From Lytechinus pictus (taxonomy: Eukaryota), in the NCBI RefSeq assembly GCF_037042905.1, contig NC_087246.1, positions 9,550,001 through 9,614,000 of the forward strand: a DNA stretch of 64,000 nucleotides, written 5' to 3'. Shown in pieces: positions 15,601-27,600 of the stretch. Both the position numbers and the translations under genes were made by a program. The number at the start of each line of letters is the position of its first letter. Position 1 is the stretch's first letter. The notes beneath the pieces are model-generated. The model worked only from the letters and a program-made list of their open reading frames with translations. It made no database searches and had not been told where the DNA came from.

Positions 15601-18366
15601 CTTTCAATTCTTGTCTTAAAGCCAAACTTAAGAATTCTCATTAAGCTATAATGTTGAGAAGCCATTCAAATAAAAATGATCTTGTCTAATATCATATTAG
15701 TGCTTTGCTTATTCTGCATAAAATACTGAGCGATTACTTATTGTCTACTAACATCATTTGGTAGATGATATCATTGTAAATATATTACATTTACTGCTGA
15801 ATTGTTGGGTTTTGTGGGTTTTATGATCATTACCTCAAATGGATTTTAATTTAACCCTATCTTTTCAGCAGCCATTTTGAATTAATTTCCTGGTTATATT
15901 CTCACTATGGCTATTTGAAACTTTTTAATGCATTCTATTCAAATTTTTTTTGTGGGGGTAAGAATTTTCTTAATCAAATATAAAGCTGTCCATGTACACA
16001 CTTCATCTTGACTTAGATTCTCCAATATACTTTTGATTTGAATGTGGGATGCATGAGTAATTAGTAGTTATTGTTCCATTGTAGGTTATACCTGGACTGA
16101 AGAAGTTTACCCCATCTCTTCTTTCTACACCAAGTACTATGATCAAATCATGGGCAAAGTAAGTATACCACTCTCTTCTCCCATCTATGTTTTGGGCAAG
16201 TCTGGGTTGTAATCCAAAGAACTGATGTGTATTCAAAGCAAATCTGTTCAGGTAAACTTTACATATGAAAGATTGTCTTGCAGTTGTTCTCTCATATATG
16301 ATCTCAAATGACTTATTTCATCATCATATTACATGATGAACACCATACATAAATATATCCCTAGTTCTTCTAACACCTAAGTTTGGTTGCCATTCCAGTT
16401 GCCAAGTTTTATTTCATGAGAGAGTCTTGCACATTATCTTTTAACATTTGTGATGGACAGATGTTCTTTGGATCTCTTACTCTTGGTGGGCAATACACAA
16501 AATTGTTTTAAAGTTGTCTTTTCTAAAGAAAGTGTCTGGGCAATTCCATAAAATATGTATACATCTGACCCCCTGTATATGTATATATATGTGGCTTATT
16601 TCTGAAATTATTTGTTTGTTTTCTTGTTTGTAAGAAAAGTTGTAATACTCTCAAATGATCACTGACTGTGCAGCTCATGATTTGAAGTAAGAATTGAATT
16701 TAAAAAAAAAAAAGGGGGGGGGGAGGGGTCAGCTTTACACAAAGGTTAATTTCATGGAACTGCCCAGCTTCAAATATTGAAGGCTTTCTCTTGATTATGA
16801 TGATTTTTATTTCATCACCAGACTACAGCCAAGAACAGAGGTGTTATTGAAAGCTCTAGCAGGGAAAGAAGTTGATAATAAATCATCTCTAATTGATGAA
16901 TGGAGGAAAGACATACAATGTAAGCATTTCATTCACTCAGTTGTCAGGTTTTTCTTATTTGGATGATGTAATGTATGAGCAAAGATTTCTGGATAATTGT
17001 TTCATTTTTTTAGCTACGTGAGTATTACCGATCCGGGTATAATAGAGTACCAAAGTGATGACGTCACAAAAAAATTTGTTTGCATTTCAGCATTTTTGAT
17101 ACCATATTTTGGTAGAGCATCATGAAATACCTCCACTACCAATATTTGTTGTGAATCGGTCCTTGGGGCGTGAGATATGACATCATGAATACATGATTAA
17201 CCCCATTGAAGTCAATGTATTATTGGCCTGGTTCTAAAAGTTAGGAATCAGGCCAATAATACATTGACTTCAATGGGGCTAATTGTGTATTCATGAGGTA
17301 TCTGGGTTGTCTGTCCATTCCGTTTTTGTTCTTGCCATAACACAAGAACTGTTTGATGGATTGAGCTTCTGTTTGGATCATGTATGACAATGAACTGATT
17401 ACTTTTCAGGGGCATGGAAGTCAAAGGTTCAAGGTCACAGAGGTCATTACACACCTTCAAACGCACTGTTCGTGCAATGAATTAATCTCAAACTTGGGTT
17501 ATGGAGTGATGGTGATCTGATAAATTTTGCAGGTCACAAGGTCAGAGATATGTAATGCTTGTACTAGCTCAGTAACAGTTTGAGGTATCAATTTCAAACT
17601 TGGGACGTATATGTTTATTGGAGTCGCAATGATCTGATTAGTTTGGAGGAACAGAGATCAAAGGTCACAGGGGTCATACATCTTTAAATATTTAATTCAA
17701 ATGTATACAATTTTAAATTCAAGAATTGTTTGGAGGACTTACTTCAATCTTGGTTTATGTATGCAAGCATATAGGAATGACAATGATCTGTAGTTTTGGG
17801 GAATGACTACTTCATAAAGAGTGACAATTATCTTATTAGTTTGAGGTGTCAAGGTAATCTTTGAAAGGCCTCTTAACACTAAATAGACTACTTAAGTGGT
17901 TTTTTGCTGATCAGTAATAAAGTTTCATATTACCCATGTGTTGGCTTCTTTTCCCCCCTCTCCTTTAGACAAATGATTATTTGTTGTGTGTCATCAGGAT
18001 CTTCTAATCAGAGACAAAGCAGTCTTAGACCTTGTGGGTATTATATAAAAAATAAGTGTACCATGACCGGTAACTTTGACATTGGTGAACTGGCAAATAC
18101 ACAGTATGAATTTTGTTAGACAAACTTGTGTTAGACAAACCATGTGCTATGAGACCAAACAGAATGACAAACTTGGATTTAACCATCTGGCTCTTGACCA
18201 ATATTTTCATGATGTCCAGCAAAATCACACATTTCCAATCTCTCTTCATTTTCTTCCTTTCTTTTCCTTAGATTTGCTACTTGCCTACCAAGAATGGATA
18301 TCTAAAGATCTTCATGCAGACTTGGTGATGTCATGGCCTCCGATAAAACTAGATGAAGATGAATGA
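205..18366 (+). CDS. DHX37: DEAH-box ATP-dependent RNA helicase DHX37 (Dhr1 orthologue), 3' 24 coding exons; 5' part upstream of the window
   Basis: Exons with AG/GT ends and continuous frame: 205-301, 1032-1145, 1848-1949, 4373-4456, 4659-4758, 5374-5542, 6207-6327, 7288-7488, 8072-8196, 8695-8791, 9161-9226, 9845-9923, 10252-10397, 11433-11477, 11714-11776, 12360-12516, 13329-13396, 13554-13606, 13927-14087, 14911-15048, 15443-15537, 16085-16158, 16822-16919, 18272-18366 (TGA). Motifs: [45 protein letters not shown], acidic insert in RecA2, [45 protein letters not shown]-terminal [12 protein letters not shown], all typical of DHX37. Confidence 0.96.
1486..1643. mobile_element. PIF/Harbinger-like MITE
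   Basis: TIR ggctccg(t/c)aacacaaag at both ends; 3-bp CTG duplication (1483-1485, 1644-1646). Confidence 0.75.
2456..3998. mobile_element. Non-autonomous Tc1/mariner-pogo-type element in a DHX37 intron
   Basis: 22-bp TIR cagtccgacctctcttat(a/c)cgg with one mismatch; TA on both flanks; subterminal repeats of the ctctcttatccgg motif. Confidence 0.85.
2953..3731. mobile_element. Second pogo/Tigger-type MITE (CCGTA termini) nested in the previous element
   Basis: Perfect 28-bp TIR ccgtaagtaacggtgtattaaccgcacc; TA duplication (2951-2952, 3732-3733); CpG-rich interior. Confidence 0.88.
6441..6610. mobile_element. PIF/Harbinger-like MITE; degenerate relatives at ~1990-2050 and ~10444-10603
   Basis: TIR gtgggtgtttcataaagctgttcgtaa; CTG duplication on both flanks. 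Confidence 0.82.
6975..7123. mobile_element. Near-fully palindromic Harbinger-like MITE
   Basis: gggcctgtttcatgaagagttgcaa ... ttgcaactctttatgaaatgggccc; inner arms actttgccattatggcaactaccatgg / ccatggtagttgccataatggcaaagt; CAG duplication. Confidence 0.82.
10632..10747. mobile_element. Small inverted-repeat (MITE-like) element
   Basis: tgtcggtgcaggaacgcc ... ggcgttcctgcactgaca, plus inner gcaccacactt / aagtgtggtgc. Confidence 0.6.
17183..17296. repeat. Long palindrome / hairpin in the last DHX37 intron
   Basis: Perfect 30-bp arms 17201-17230 and 17249-17278, 18-nt loop, imperfect extension of ~18 bp on each side. Confidence 0.9.
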
Positions 18367-19630
18367 GACAATCTCTGTAATACACTCGCTCCCTTTATGT
18401 CATCATGGCAATTGTTTCCAATGTATGAGTACTGGTTTTCTTTAAATACCACATGTCATTGCTCAGTAGGAGATGAGCAGACAGTTTTCTTTCAACTTAC
18501 ATGCTGTCACTGTAGTCGACCACTTTCTGTAAAGACAATTTATGCCTCCAGGCATCCTTTGTGAAATGATTGCATCACAAATCTTCCAATATCCATCGCA
18601 AAATGTTGACTGTCTTGGAAATCAAACCTTTCCAAGATTCCCATTTTTCCACAAGGGTTTTTCAGATTGCTGTGACAGGATTGCCTTTCATGAAATATCT
18701 AGACATGGTCTAATAAACATGCTTTCATTCACTATATAATGGGTTCGAGTTATATATTTGATTCACCAGAAATTTTTTGATCTATTTTTTGTCGTCGTCA
18801 TTTTTTTTTTTTTTTTTTTTTGGGGGGGCTGATGTTTGTTTAGGACATAAATGTCACAGTGGAGGTACTCCTGTATTGTAGATTGGTCTGTATGCAAATA
18901 CAATTGGACTAAATTTACATATGCTGTGCTGTTTGGTGTAAATTCCAATTGCTGTTCAGAGATCTTTATCACAGGCAAGAAATGTTAAGAGGCAATATTT
19001 GAACCTTTTCATTCTTTTAGGTAAAAAAATGATAAAATGACTTGAAAATGAATGCATTCAGGGTTAGGAACCAGGGACAGGCATTTCAAGACTCAAGGTC
19101 ACTCTATTACATATGTAGAATTGTCTGGAACTCCAGAAAACATTATTTGTATATAACTTGAGGGGCCCGACTAAGAGTTGCTTTTAATCAAGTGCAAGTC
19201 CTTAACATGCATGTTCTATTGGTTGTTAAGTTGGGTGTAGTTTTTCAAGTTGCAATCTGGGCCCCATCTAACAATTGATCCAATCAATCTGAACTATATG
19301 GAAATCCAACAATGTCATCATTTTTTCTTCAGGAAATTTGCACAATGTCCTTTGTAAGGAAAGAAAAGAACACTAAAATAAAAAAAATGTGTGATTTTAC
19401 ATATCTAGAAAATATTTTGAACAACCATTTATTTTAGATGTTAACATTGCTAGCTTTCCATAGTTGTGGTTGATCAGATCAATCATAACTCTTTGTAAGA
19501 CCAGGCCCTGACCTGCAAAGGATTGGATATGTTGGTTTGTGAAGAGCAACTATCAGTTTATCATAATGCCGTAAGATTACTAAATTATTTTATACCTTGT
19601 TAATTATACAGCCTATTGACATTATTTTTA

Positions 19631-19678
19631 AATAAATGGAACAAATCACAATATGGTGTATGATGTTTCAGTTTTATT
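19631..19678. terminator. Candidate paired, oppositely oriented poly(A) signals for DHX37 (+) and INTS2 (-)
   Basis: AATAAA on + at 19631-19636 followed by GT/T-rich tggtgtatgatgtttcagttttatttg; AATAAA on - at 19673-19678 followed by ttgtgatttgttccatttattt on that strand. Confidence 0.45.
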
Positions 19679-21564
19679 TGCAAAATATATATACATATAT
19701 TTAAACATTATGTACAGAAAGGTGCATTTTATGCATCACTTGTTCCTGTTGATCATGCTTAACACAACTAGAAATAAATATCCATGATTGTGTGAAACAC
19801 AACTTAACATGACTATCGCTTCTTTCTTACTTGATTTAAGGAAAGAAATGCAATCAGGTGTTTTTGTATTCATAATTATTTTGGGTTTTTTTTTCTCTCG
19901 TTTTATCGATGGCGAGTTATCATACTTCCTAAAGAGGTTCTCAAGTCTGGAGACAAACAAAACACCGAAAATTTCATCAAAATTGGACAAGGAATAACAA
20001 TGTTATGACATATACCTCTGCATTATTTTAGTGAAACAGTTCTGTACTTCTCTTTATGAATATGCAATGAGCAGGCTGATGATGTCATAATCCCCACTTA
20101 TTCTGTTGTATTTTATTATATGAAGTTATATTATAATGTAATAACATTAGAAAAGGAAAGAGGGGACATGATATCATCGGTGCACCCAATAAATATTCAT
20201 GACTGCGTGCATGTAACTGTTCACAAAATATTGCTAAAATTGTGATCAGATTTCAATGAAATTTTCATCAGTTTGCTTGGTGAACCCCTTTTATAAAAAA
20301 TGTAGATGGAATGATTGTGTTAATTAAACACAAAAGAAAACAGTGCAGGATCAAGACATTTAGGAAGCTTTTAAATGTGCACTCAACAGAGTATGATGCT
20401 CAAATGAATGAAAGCGAGACATAACAAAGGGGCGGTTCAATGTACAGCACAAATATAGCAAGTACAGATTTGAAAATGGAACATTGGTGAAATAATAAAC
20501 TAGACCTTGATCACTACTTTTGTGCTATACTTTATACTTCCCCTTCTGACTTCTTGCTTTGACTTCCTTGTGCTTCATCCTCTGATTGCATGTTAAACAA
20601 CATACCCTGCACTAATTTCAGAAATAAAGCAGTCATTTTTCTCCCCCAAGGAAAAGACATCAATAAATAATAAGCTAGAACATGTAAGAAAAATGATACT
20701 CGAGTAAATAAGCATCTGTTATTCTGCCTTCTCAATTTTTCTCTCCTTCAATACTGGTCCAGGGGGGGGGGGGGGGGTGGTACCCTTCTCAAGAAAAAAC
20801 ATGATTTTTGATATTTTCAGAAATTTGAGAAGGGCCATCAGATTGTCATCAGAAATAAAACTTGTTCATTACAAAAATAGGTGATGCAGCACATTACTGA
20901 TTAATCATATCACATTAGACTTTCTAAATTTTCGCAATCGACCATTTATCTCCTGCTTAAGGGCAAGTCCATAAAGTATACTAAGGAACCTTTCTTAATA
21001 ATATCTTCACCTTGTGCTTCATTTTAAAGTGAAATACATGGAAAATAATGAAGGTTGGACATACAAAGGTTACCGGTATTTCAAACAATTGCCCTTTTAC
21101 AGTGCAACTGGGTGTACTTTCTTCAAACTTGTATCAATGACAAGATACAAGAGACTTTATAAGCTACTGAAATCCTGCACTTTTATTGGCTTAAGAGCTT
21201 GTAGCACTTTATTTTGTGTTATTTGATAACATGTGTTATAAAACAGGTCCCAGATTGACATCGGGCTCTTGTAATGAGTATGTGGCGGTATGCTGAAAAA
21301 AAGAAGAAATGACAGCTGCCATGTGCCCAATGGTGGAAATATCAAGTCTGGTAAAATTTCTTACATATCTCTAATGGTAGTCCTTGGAAGTGTAACAGAG
21401 ATATATCCAACAAATAAGCTTCACATTTCTTGGTGGTAAACACCATCACCAATATCAATGATTTTCTTCTCATCTATTGACTGTTGACTTTCTCATAGTG
21501 AATCAATGGATAATCTCAACAAGCATGCCGCCGCCTCCTTTTACTTTCTCTCCACTACCCGCCT

Positions 21565-21645
21565 GTGGTCTTTCTAATTCACCTTCTTTCTGGAGTATGG
21601 CAAGTCTTCCGATCTGAACAAACGTGCATTCTACCACTTCGTGTC
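21565..21645 (-). repeat. Diverged tandem duplicate (93-bp period) of the last ~25 INTS2 codons, just 3' of the stop
   Basis: tctttctggagtatggcaagtct occurs at both ~21585 and ~21678; copy translates HEVVECTFVQIGRLAILQKEGELER versus QKAVEDTFAEIVRLAILQKDSE*KR. Confidence 0.9.
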
Positions 21646-21667
21646 CGAATCCTGATAATAGTCTTTT

Positions 21668-24600
21668 TCATTCACTGTCTTTCTGGAGTATGGCAAGTCT
21701 CACAATCTCAGCAAACGTGTCTTCTACCGCTTTCTGTACCACCCTGTCACTGTTCTTCTCATTACTCCGGAGGGCGCTAGCTCTCTGTCCTTCCCTGCTC
21801 ATCATCTGTGCCAGCTCTGCATCACTCCCTGAAACAAAATGAAGGAAAAAAAATGATGGCAATGCTTTATTACAAGATAAAACAAAATGTCAACACTGTT
21901 AAAACTGAAGATGGCTTGTATGGAGCATTGAGGACACAAAGACACACCCTTTCTAAAACAGGTTCTAGAATAACTCCTCTTGGAGGACCATAGGCGGCGG
22001 AAGCGGGGGGGGGGGGGGGGGGACCTGGACCCTGGACAGCCCCCCTGAATTTTATTTTTATTTTTTTGCTCGTCAAAAAATTTTGGTGTCCCCCCCCCTA
22101 AAATTTTAGGTTGATAACCATTGTTTTTTTTTTGCTTGGCAAATTTTTTACCTGTGTCCATCCCAAAATTTCAGGTGGACTCCCCCCTAAATTTTTTGGC
22201 TTCCGCCGCCAATGTGGAGGACAACATACAAGTTTTCAAGGGGAAAGTTGTCTTATGTTTGGCACATACAAAACACTGATTCTTTGAAAGACCCATTGGC
22301 CCGAATTCACAAAGGTGGTTTTGAAAACCCACGGTTGAATCAATGATTTATGCAGATTTCCTGTATAAATTACACTTAATTTAGCGGGTATCGGGCGCGT
22401 GTATAAAACATTTCCAATGCTGATGCGCGCTTTTTTCAGTGCGCCAAATTGACGCCCGTTACCATGGTGCGATATGCTATTTTATTCATGAGTCCACTGT
22501 TTGAAGAGGACTCATTATTCAAAACAGTGGATAACCACAGCAACAGGCGTTGATTTGGCGCACTGTAACAAAAGCGCGAATAAGCATTGGACATTTTTTT
22601 AATATACGCAGTAAATAAGCGTAATCTATACAGAAAATCTGCATAAACCATGGACTCAATCGTGGGTTTTCAAAACCACCTTTGTGAATTCGGGCCATTG
22701 TGTCACAGTAGGATAAAACAGAACTGAATGTATATGATGAATGAAGTTCAAATACTTTGAATACTATGAAGACTATCTAGTTGCATAGCTAAAGTGGGTG
22801 ATATAAGTGTCTTGAACTCTTTTTTTTTGTGTGGATATGTGCACAATAAAAATACCCAATATCATTTTATATTATCATCATTTTCATGACAACTTTGTAG
22901 CTCCAGTCACTGACAGGTGACATGCTATTGTGGGTTTCAATTTCATTGAGTATCTTACTCTAGAAGCCAGTGACTCACCGATATAATCAGGGCTGTTGCC
23001 TGCTGTAGCTATCCTAGATGCACACATTCTTCCTAGTTGGACCAGAATTGAGGTGATGTCTTCATAGAGTGGAGGGAAGGCTCGACAGATACGCACTATA
23101 GAGGGCAGTGTTGCCTTGTAGAATATTGCCCATCGTTCACCAGTCAGAACTAGGGATAGGAACAAGAGCGATTGCAAATATATATGGGCCATTAATAAAA
23201 ATAAGATAAATATGTAAAAGTAAATTTGAATAACTGTAAATTCACACTATCAAATTCATTAGGAATATATCATCCTCCATTTTGACACTGGATTGTATTA
23301 CACTGGAATTCACACAAATATTTTTTTTGTACCTCTGAACAACGGATTTATTCATAATTCATTAAAATGTCATCGTCAACTGAACATCACAATACATTTA
23401 ACATTATCTCCGATATTCATAAATATCTTTACATGAATTGAAAGAAAATTACTAGTCCTAAAGCCTAGCTGCTACTACCCTACAGAAAGGCCCGTTTTCA
23501 CACTGCATTCTTTAAATGAAAACACCTACCTGTTATTAACGATGACATTACATTGATGGCTAATCTTGCTACACTAAGTGACTTGGGTAATGCATACTGG
23601 AGGCAAAGATGAGATGTCAATTCAATTGCAAACACCTGGATAAAAATGGAAAGAAAACATCTGTAAACTAATTTTCTCTTGATATTGGGATCCATCAACA
23701 ACATATGATATATCAGTCATGTTAATTAGAATGCCTATCTCATCTCCGGATCTGTTTTTCTTTCAAGTGTGTCTCATCTTGATTCCATATCAAGTTTTCG
23801 TCAAGGGCTGCCAAGCCTTACACATTTCCCCCCATTCCCATTTTTTTTCTTCTTTTAATCCATTGACCTTTGAAAGTTTCCTGCAATTAATTCATCAATC
23901 TTGAAACCAAACCCTCGAAAATTCCATTACTTTACATTTAGAGACTAAAGATGAATAAAATGCTCATATTCTGCCCATCTCAAACAAGAACCTGCTCAAT
24001 AGGAACTTAAAATGAAAATGTTAAACTAATACAGGTTACCGAAATGTTGATTCTGAAGTAAGCATACAAATAGCTACCGTATAGAATATACACGCATCAA
24101 CATAAACTTAAGAGAAAATCAAAGAATATGTGAGAAAGCATGAGAGTAGATACCTGTTTGGCCATGTCAGGCTGTGCCAGTAGCTCTGGGATGAAATCAA
24201 GACAGATATGCATAGAAGGTATACCTGCTACAGTCACTGGAAGGAGTTCACTTGCATACCCCTGTAGAAGAGACAAGAGAGAAAATTGCCTACTGACATC
24301 TCATTCATATTGTATACATATGATGAGTAACACAGAGATTCGTGGTTGCATTGGGGGAATATTTTTATACCTGAAGATAGCAAAGAGTAAGTTGCCTCTG
24401 CAAATGAAATAGGCAAATTTAAACTTTGACTTTTAAATGCATTTTTGTTAACATTTTAAATACATCTACTTGTCCATGAAATGATTTTGAGTAAAACAGA
24501 AATTCCATATATCGATTTGTCATGCAGAAATTGTGTACATTGCAGGCCTGGCACATAGTAGTCAATTGACAAAACGAACAGTTTTTACTTCAGCATGGAA

Positions 24601-27600
24601 TTGAGAATTGTAAGAACCAAAGTCATAATGGTTTGCTAGTTACCTGAAAGTGGATGAGCTTGGCCAAGTTTGGGTCGGCAATGAACATCTGATGTAACAA
24701 GGAACACACCTGGCATTGGATCTCTCTCAGACATGATAGACGACTCTCTTCAACCTACACATAGATGAAATAAATTATCAGGGGATTATCTAATACAGAA
24801 TTGAGATTGACTTCAATCACTATTAACTTGAGATTGTTCTCAACTCTTCAGAGTGTACAGTATTACAAAACACAAAATAATGAAAAGAATGCAAAGAGTT
24901 TCTGGTGTAAATTCGTATCATCATATGATAAAGAGTAATCAAAGAAATAGTGATGTAATGATTTGAATGGAATTGATTCCCAAGATTAAATGAAAGTATT
25001 ATCAGTGTTAACAGAGGTACTCAAAGCATATCCAAGAAAATGAACTCTTAATAGGAATGGTCTTGATGAAAGCTTCACTTACTTTCTCTTTATCAAATGG
25101 CAAACATATCTCCAATAAGATCTGCATAGCACCACTCTCTTGTGTGATGAGCAGAGCTGCTTTGAGTTCTTCCCTCTCCTGCTGTGATGGCAAGGCTGTA
25201 GGACTGCTTGTGTCTGGTCTAGCCCTGGCTACGGTAGGGTTTGATAGGATATGTGAGGACAGGTATGCTCTGCATGCTGCTAGGTAAGCTCTAAGGGTCT
25301 GCAGGACTATCTCCAGGATGGGTGGACACCTGGTACAGAGAAAATTTCATGAGCATTAGTTGTTTTATCAAAACATGTTTCATTGTGTGCAATTCTAACA
25401 CCTACATCAACCTTTACATTAGGTCCTTAGAAGAGCAGTGCAATTAAGAAAAATATGCCTTAGAACCACTGTCAATAAAGGAGAATGTCAAGGGCACAAA
25501 GGTAGTTAAAGTGGGCCAAAAAGGCAATGGCATTCATTATCCTGGATTTACAAAAGCACTGGCCAGAACACTATGGTGAAATTTGGATATCATTTCCTGA
25601 TACTCATGGGTATCCATGACTCCTTGCACTTTTTTATTGTTAAATTCATACTTAATAATGCATAGAAAATCTGGGTATTGGTAATAAGCTTTCCAATAAC
25701 ACAGGCAGCAAGCCTTACTTGGGCTGTAACCATAAATATAGCTTTACTCATTATATCAATAAAGCAATATGTATTCAAAGAATAAAATAATGCCATCTGA
25801 AACTAAGAATGAAATAAATACTTATAATGATTATAGAAATTAAACAAAATGGCCTGAATTCACAAAAGGTGGTTTTGAAAACCCACGGTTGAGTCCATGG
25901 TTTATGCAGATTTCCTATATAAAATACGCTTAATTTAGCACGTATCGGGTTCATGTATAAAAATTCCAATGCTGATGCGCGCTTTTGTCACAGTGCACCA
26001 AATTGACGCCTGTTGCCGTGGTTATCCACGCTATTTTATTCATGAGTCCACTCTTCAAACAGTGGACTCATGAATAAAATAGCGTATCTAACCATGGAAA
26101 CAGGCGTCAATTTGGCTCACTGCGACAAATCATTGGACATGTTTTATACATGCACTAAATTAAGCTAAATTTATACAGGAAATCTGCATAAACCATGGAT
26201 TCAACCGTGGGTTTTCCAAACCACCTATGTGAAATCGGGTTAAAGTCTTTAAAATAATATGAATCAATGATGGGGAAGACAATGATGATGAAGATGATAA
26301 TGGGTGAAGAGAGGGAAGATTGTTGTAAATGTTAGAGGGAACATGCATGGTGGTGATGATGAGGAGTGAAGATGATCAAGTGGATGGAGAAGAGGATGGG
26401 GACGAGGAGGATGACTATAATAGGGGAGGATAAAAAATTGTTGTAATGAGGTACAAGATAGATGATGAAAATGATTTTTGTGAACTTACCTGAAAACCTG
26501 CAAATCACACCTTAGTACTATAAGGGGGTCAAGGGTCAAATCTTCCTCATTGAATGGTGTTACCGGTTTTGTCTTGACCAGCGCATTGACAGTCAGTACA
26601 TGTAATCTGCAACAGAAGATGGTACAAACATCATTACATATAAAACAATGATGGTGGTGGTAATGGTCTTATAACCATAATAGATAATTTTCCTATGATA
26701 TAGATGCAGTATTGGATTTCTGAACATGTCATTTGTAAATCTCATAACTATTGCAAGCAAATCACAAATGCCAAAGTGCTTCTCACTCATATTTTATATT
26801 TATGAGTGTTGAATGAATATAGAAACAAATAACACAACAGAAGGAAAATTCTATTGCTGTTTTACAACTCATGTAAATTGCGCACTGATTTCTATAAAGT
26901 GAATTAACATTTTCTCCTTTTGAGACATTTAATGAGCAAGGAGGGAATATCAAGCTACTTACTTTCTTGGCATGACAGTGTTTAATTTGTGCCAGAGACT
27001 GACCGCCATACTGGTCACCTTCCGAGGGACCTGTGGGTCAAGCAATCCTGACAGACTAGCCACAAGAGTATCTGAGTATTCCATGAGTTGAGGATTGTCC
27101 CGGTCAAGAAGTGATTCTAAGATCAGGACGGCCGGGGTAGGGTTTGTCAAGACTGTGGCTAAAGCTAGGAGTAATTAAAGTTTTCATTTTTTTATTCAAT
27201 GACTCATTGTATGGACATGATGTTGTGATGTTATTTATGACTCTTTTTCTATTCAATTCAATTCAATTCAATTCAGTTTATTAGATATAAAACAGAATAC
27301 AATGCTGTAGTCCGAAGACTAATTGTGCAATGTTTACATTGAATATTATTTACATTGAAGATTGTATATACACTTAAAAAATCATTCACATATAAATGAG
27401 AAACAGTTGGTTGATTGAGTCATGCATAAAGATAAGTGAGATTTCAGTCGATAATACTAGCATGGGATTCTGATAATTGTGTATTGGGGAAAAAAACCTG
27501 TTTTAAACTTAAAATCATACAAGAAAAAGGTCAGAAATATAATTCAGATTTGATTTTCATAATGAAGTTATGAAATAGAGATTTAGAATCAAGTTATTGC

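Noticed and set aside
205..18366. Intronic snoRNAs or U12-type introns in DHX37
   Set aside because: No convincing C/D box pair with terminal stem seen by eye, and no GTATCCTT/ATATCCTT donors; a covariance-model search is needed to exclude snoRNAs.
26260..26480. Acidic (GAT/GAG) coding-like stretch; similar tracts at ~27850-27940 and ~55530-55620
   Set aside because: Degenerate trinucleotide microsatellites in introns with stops and no usable splice sites.
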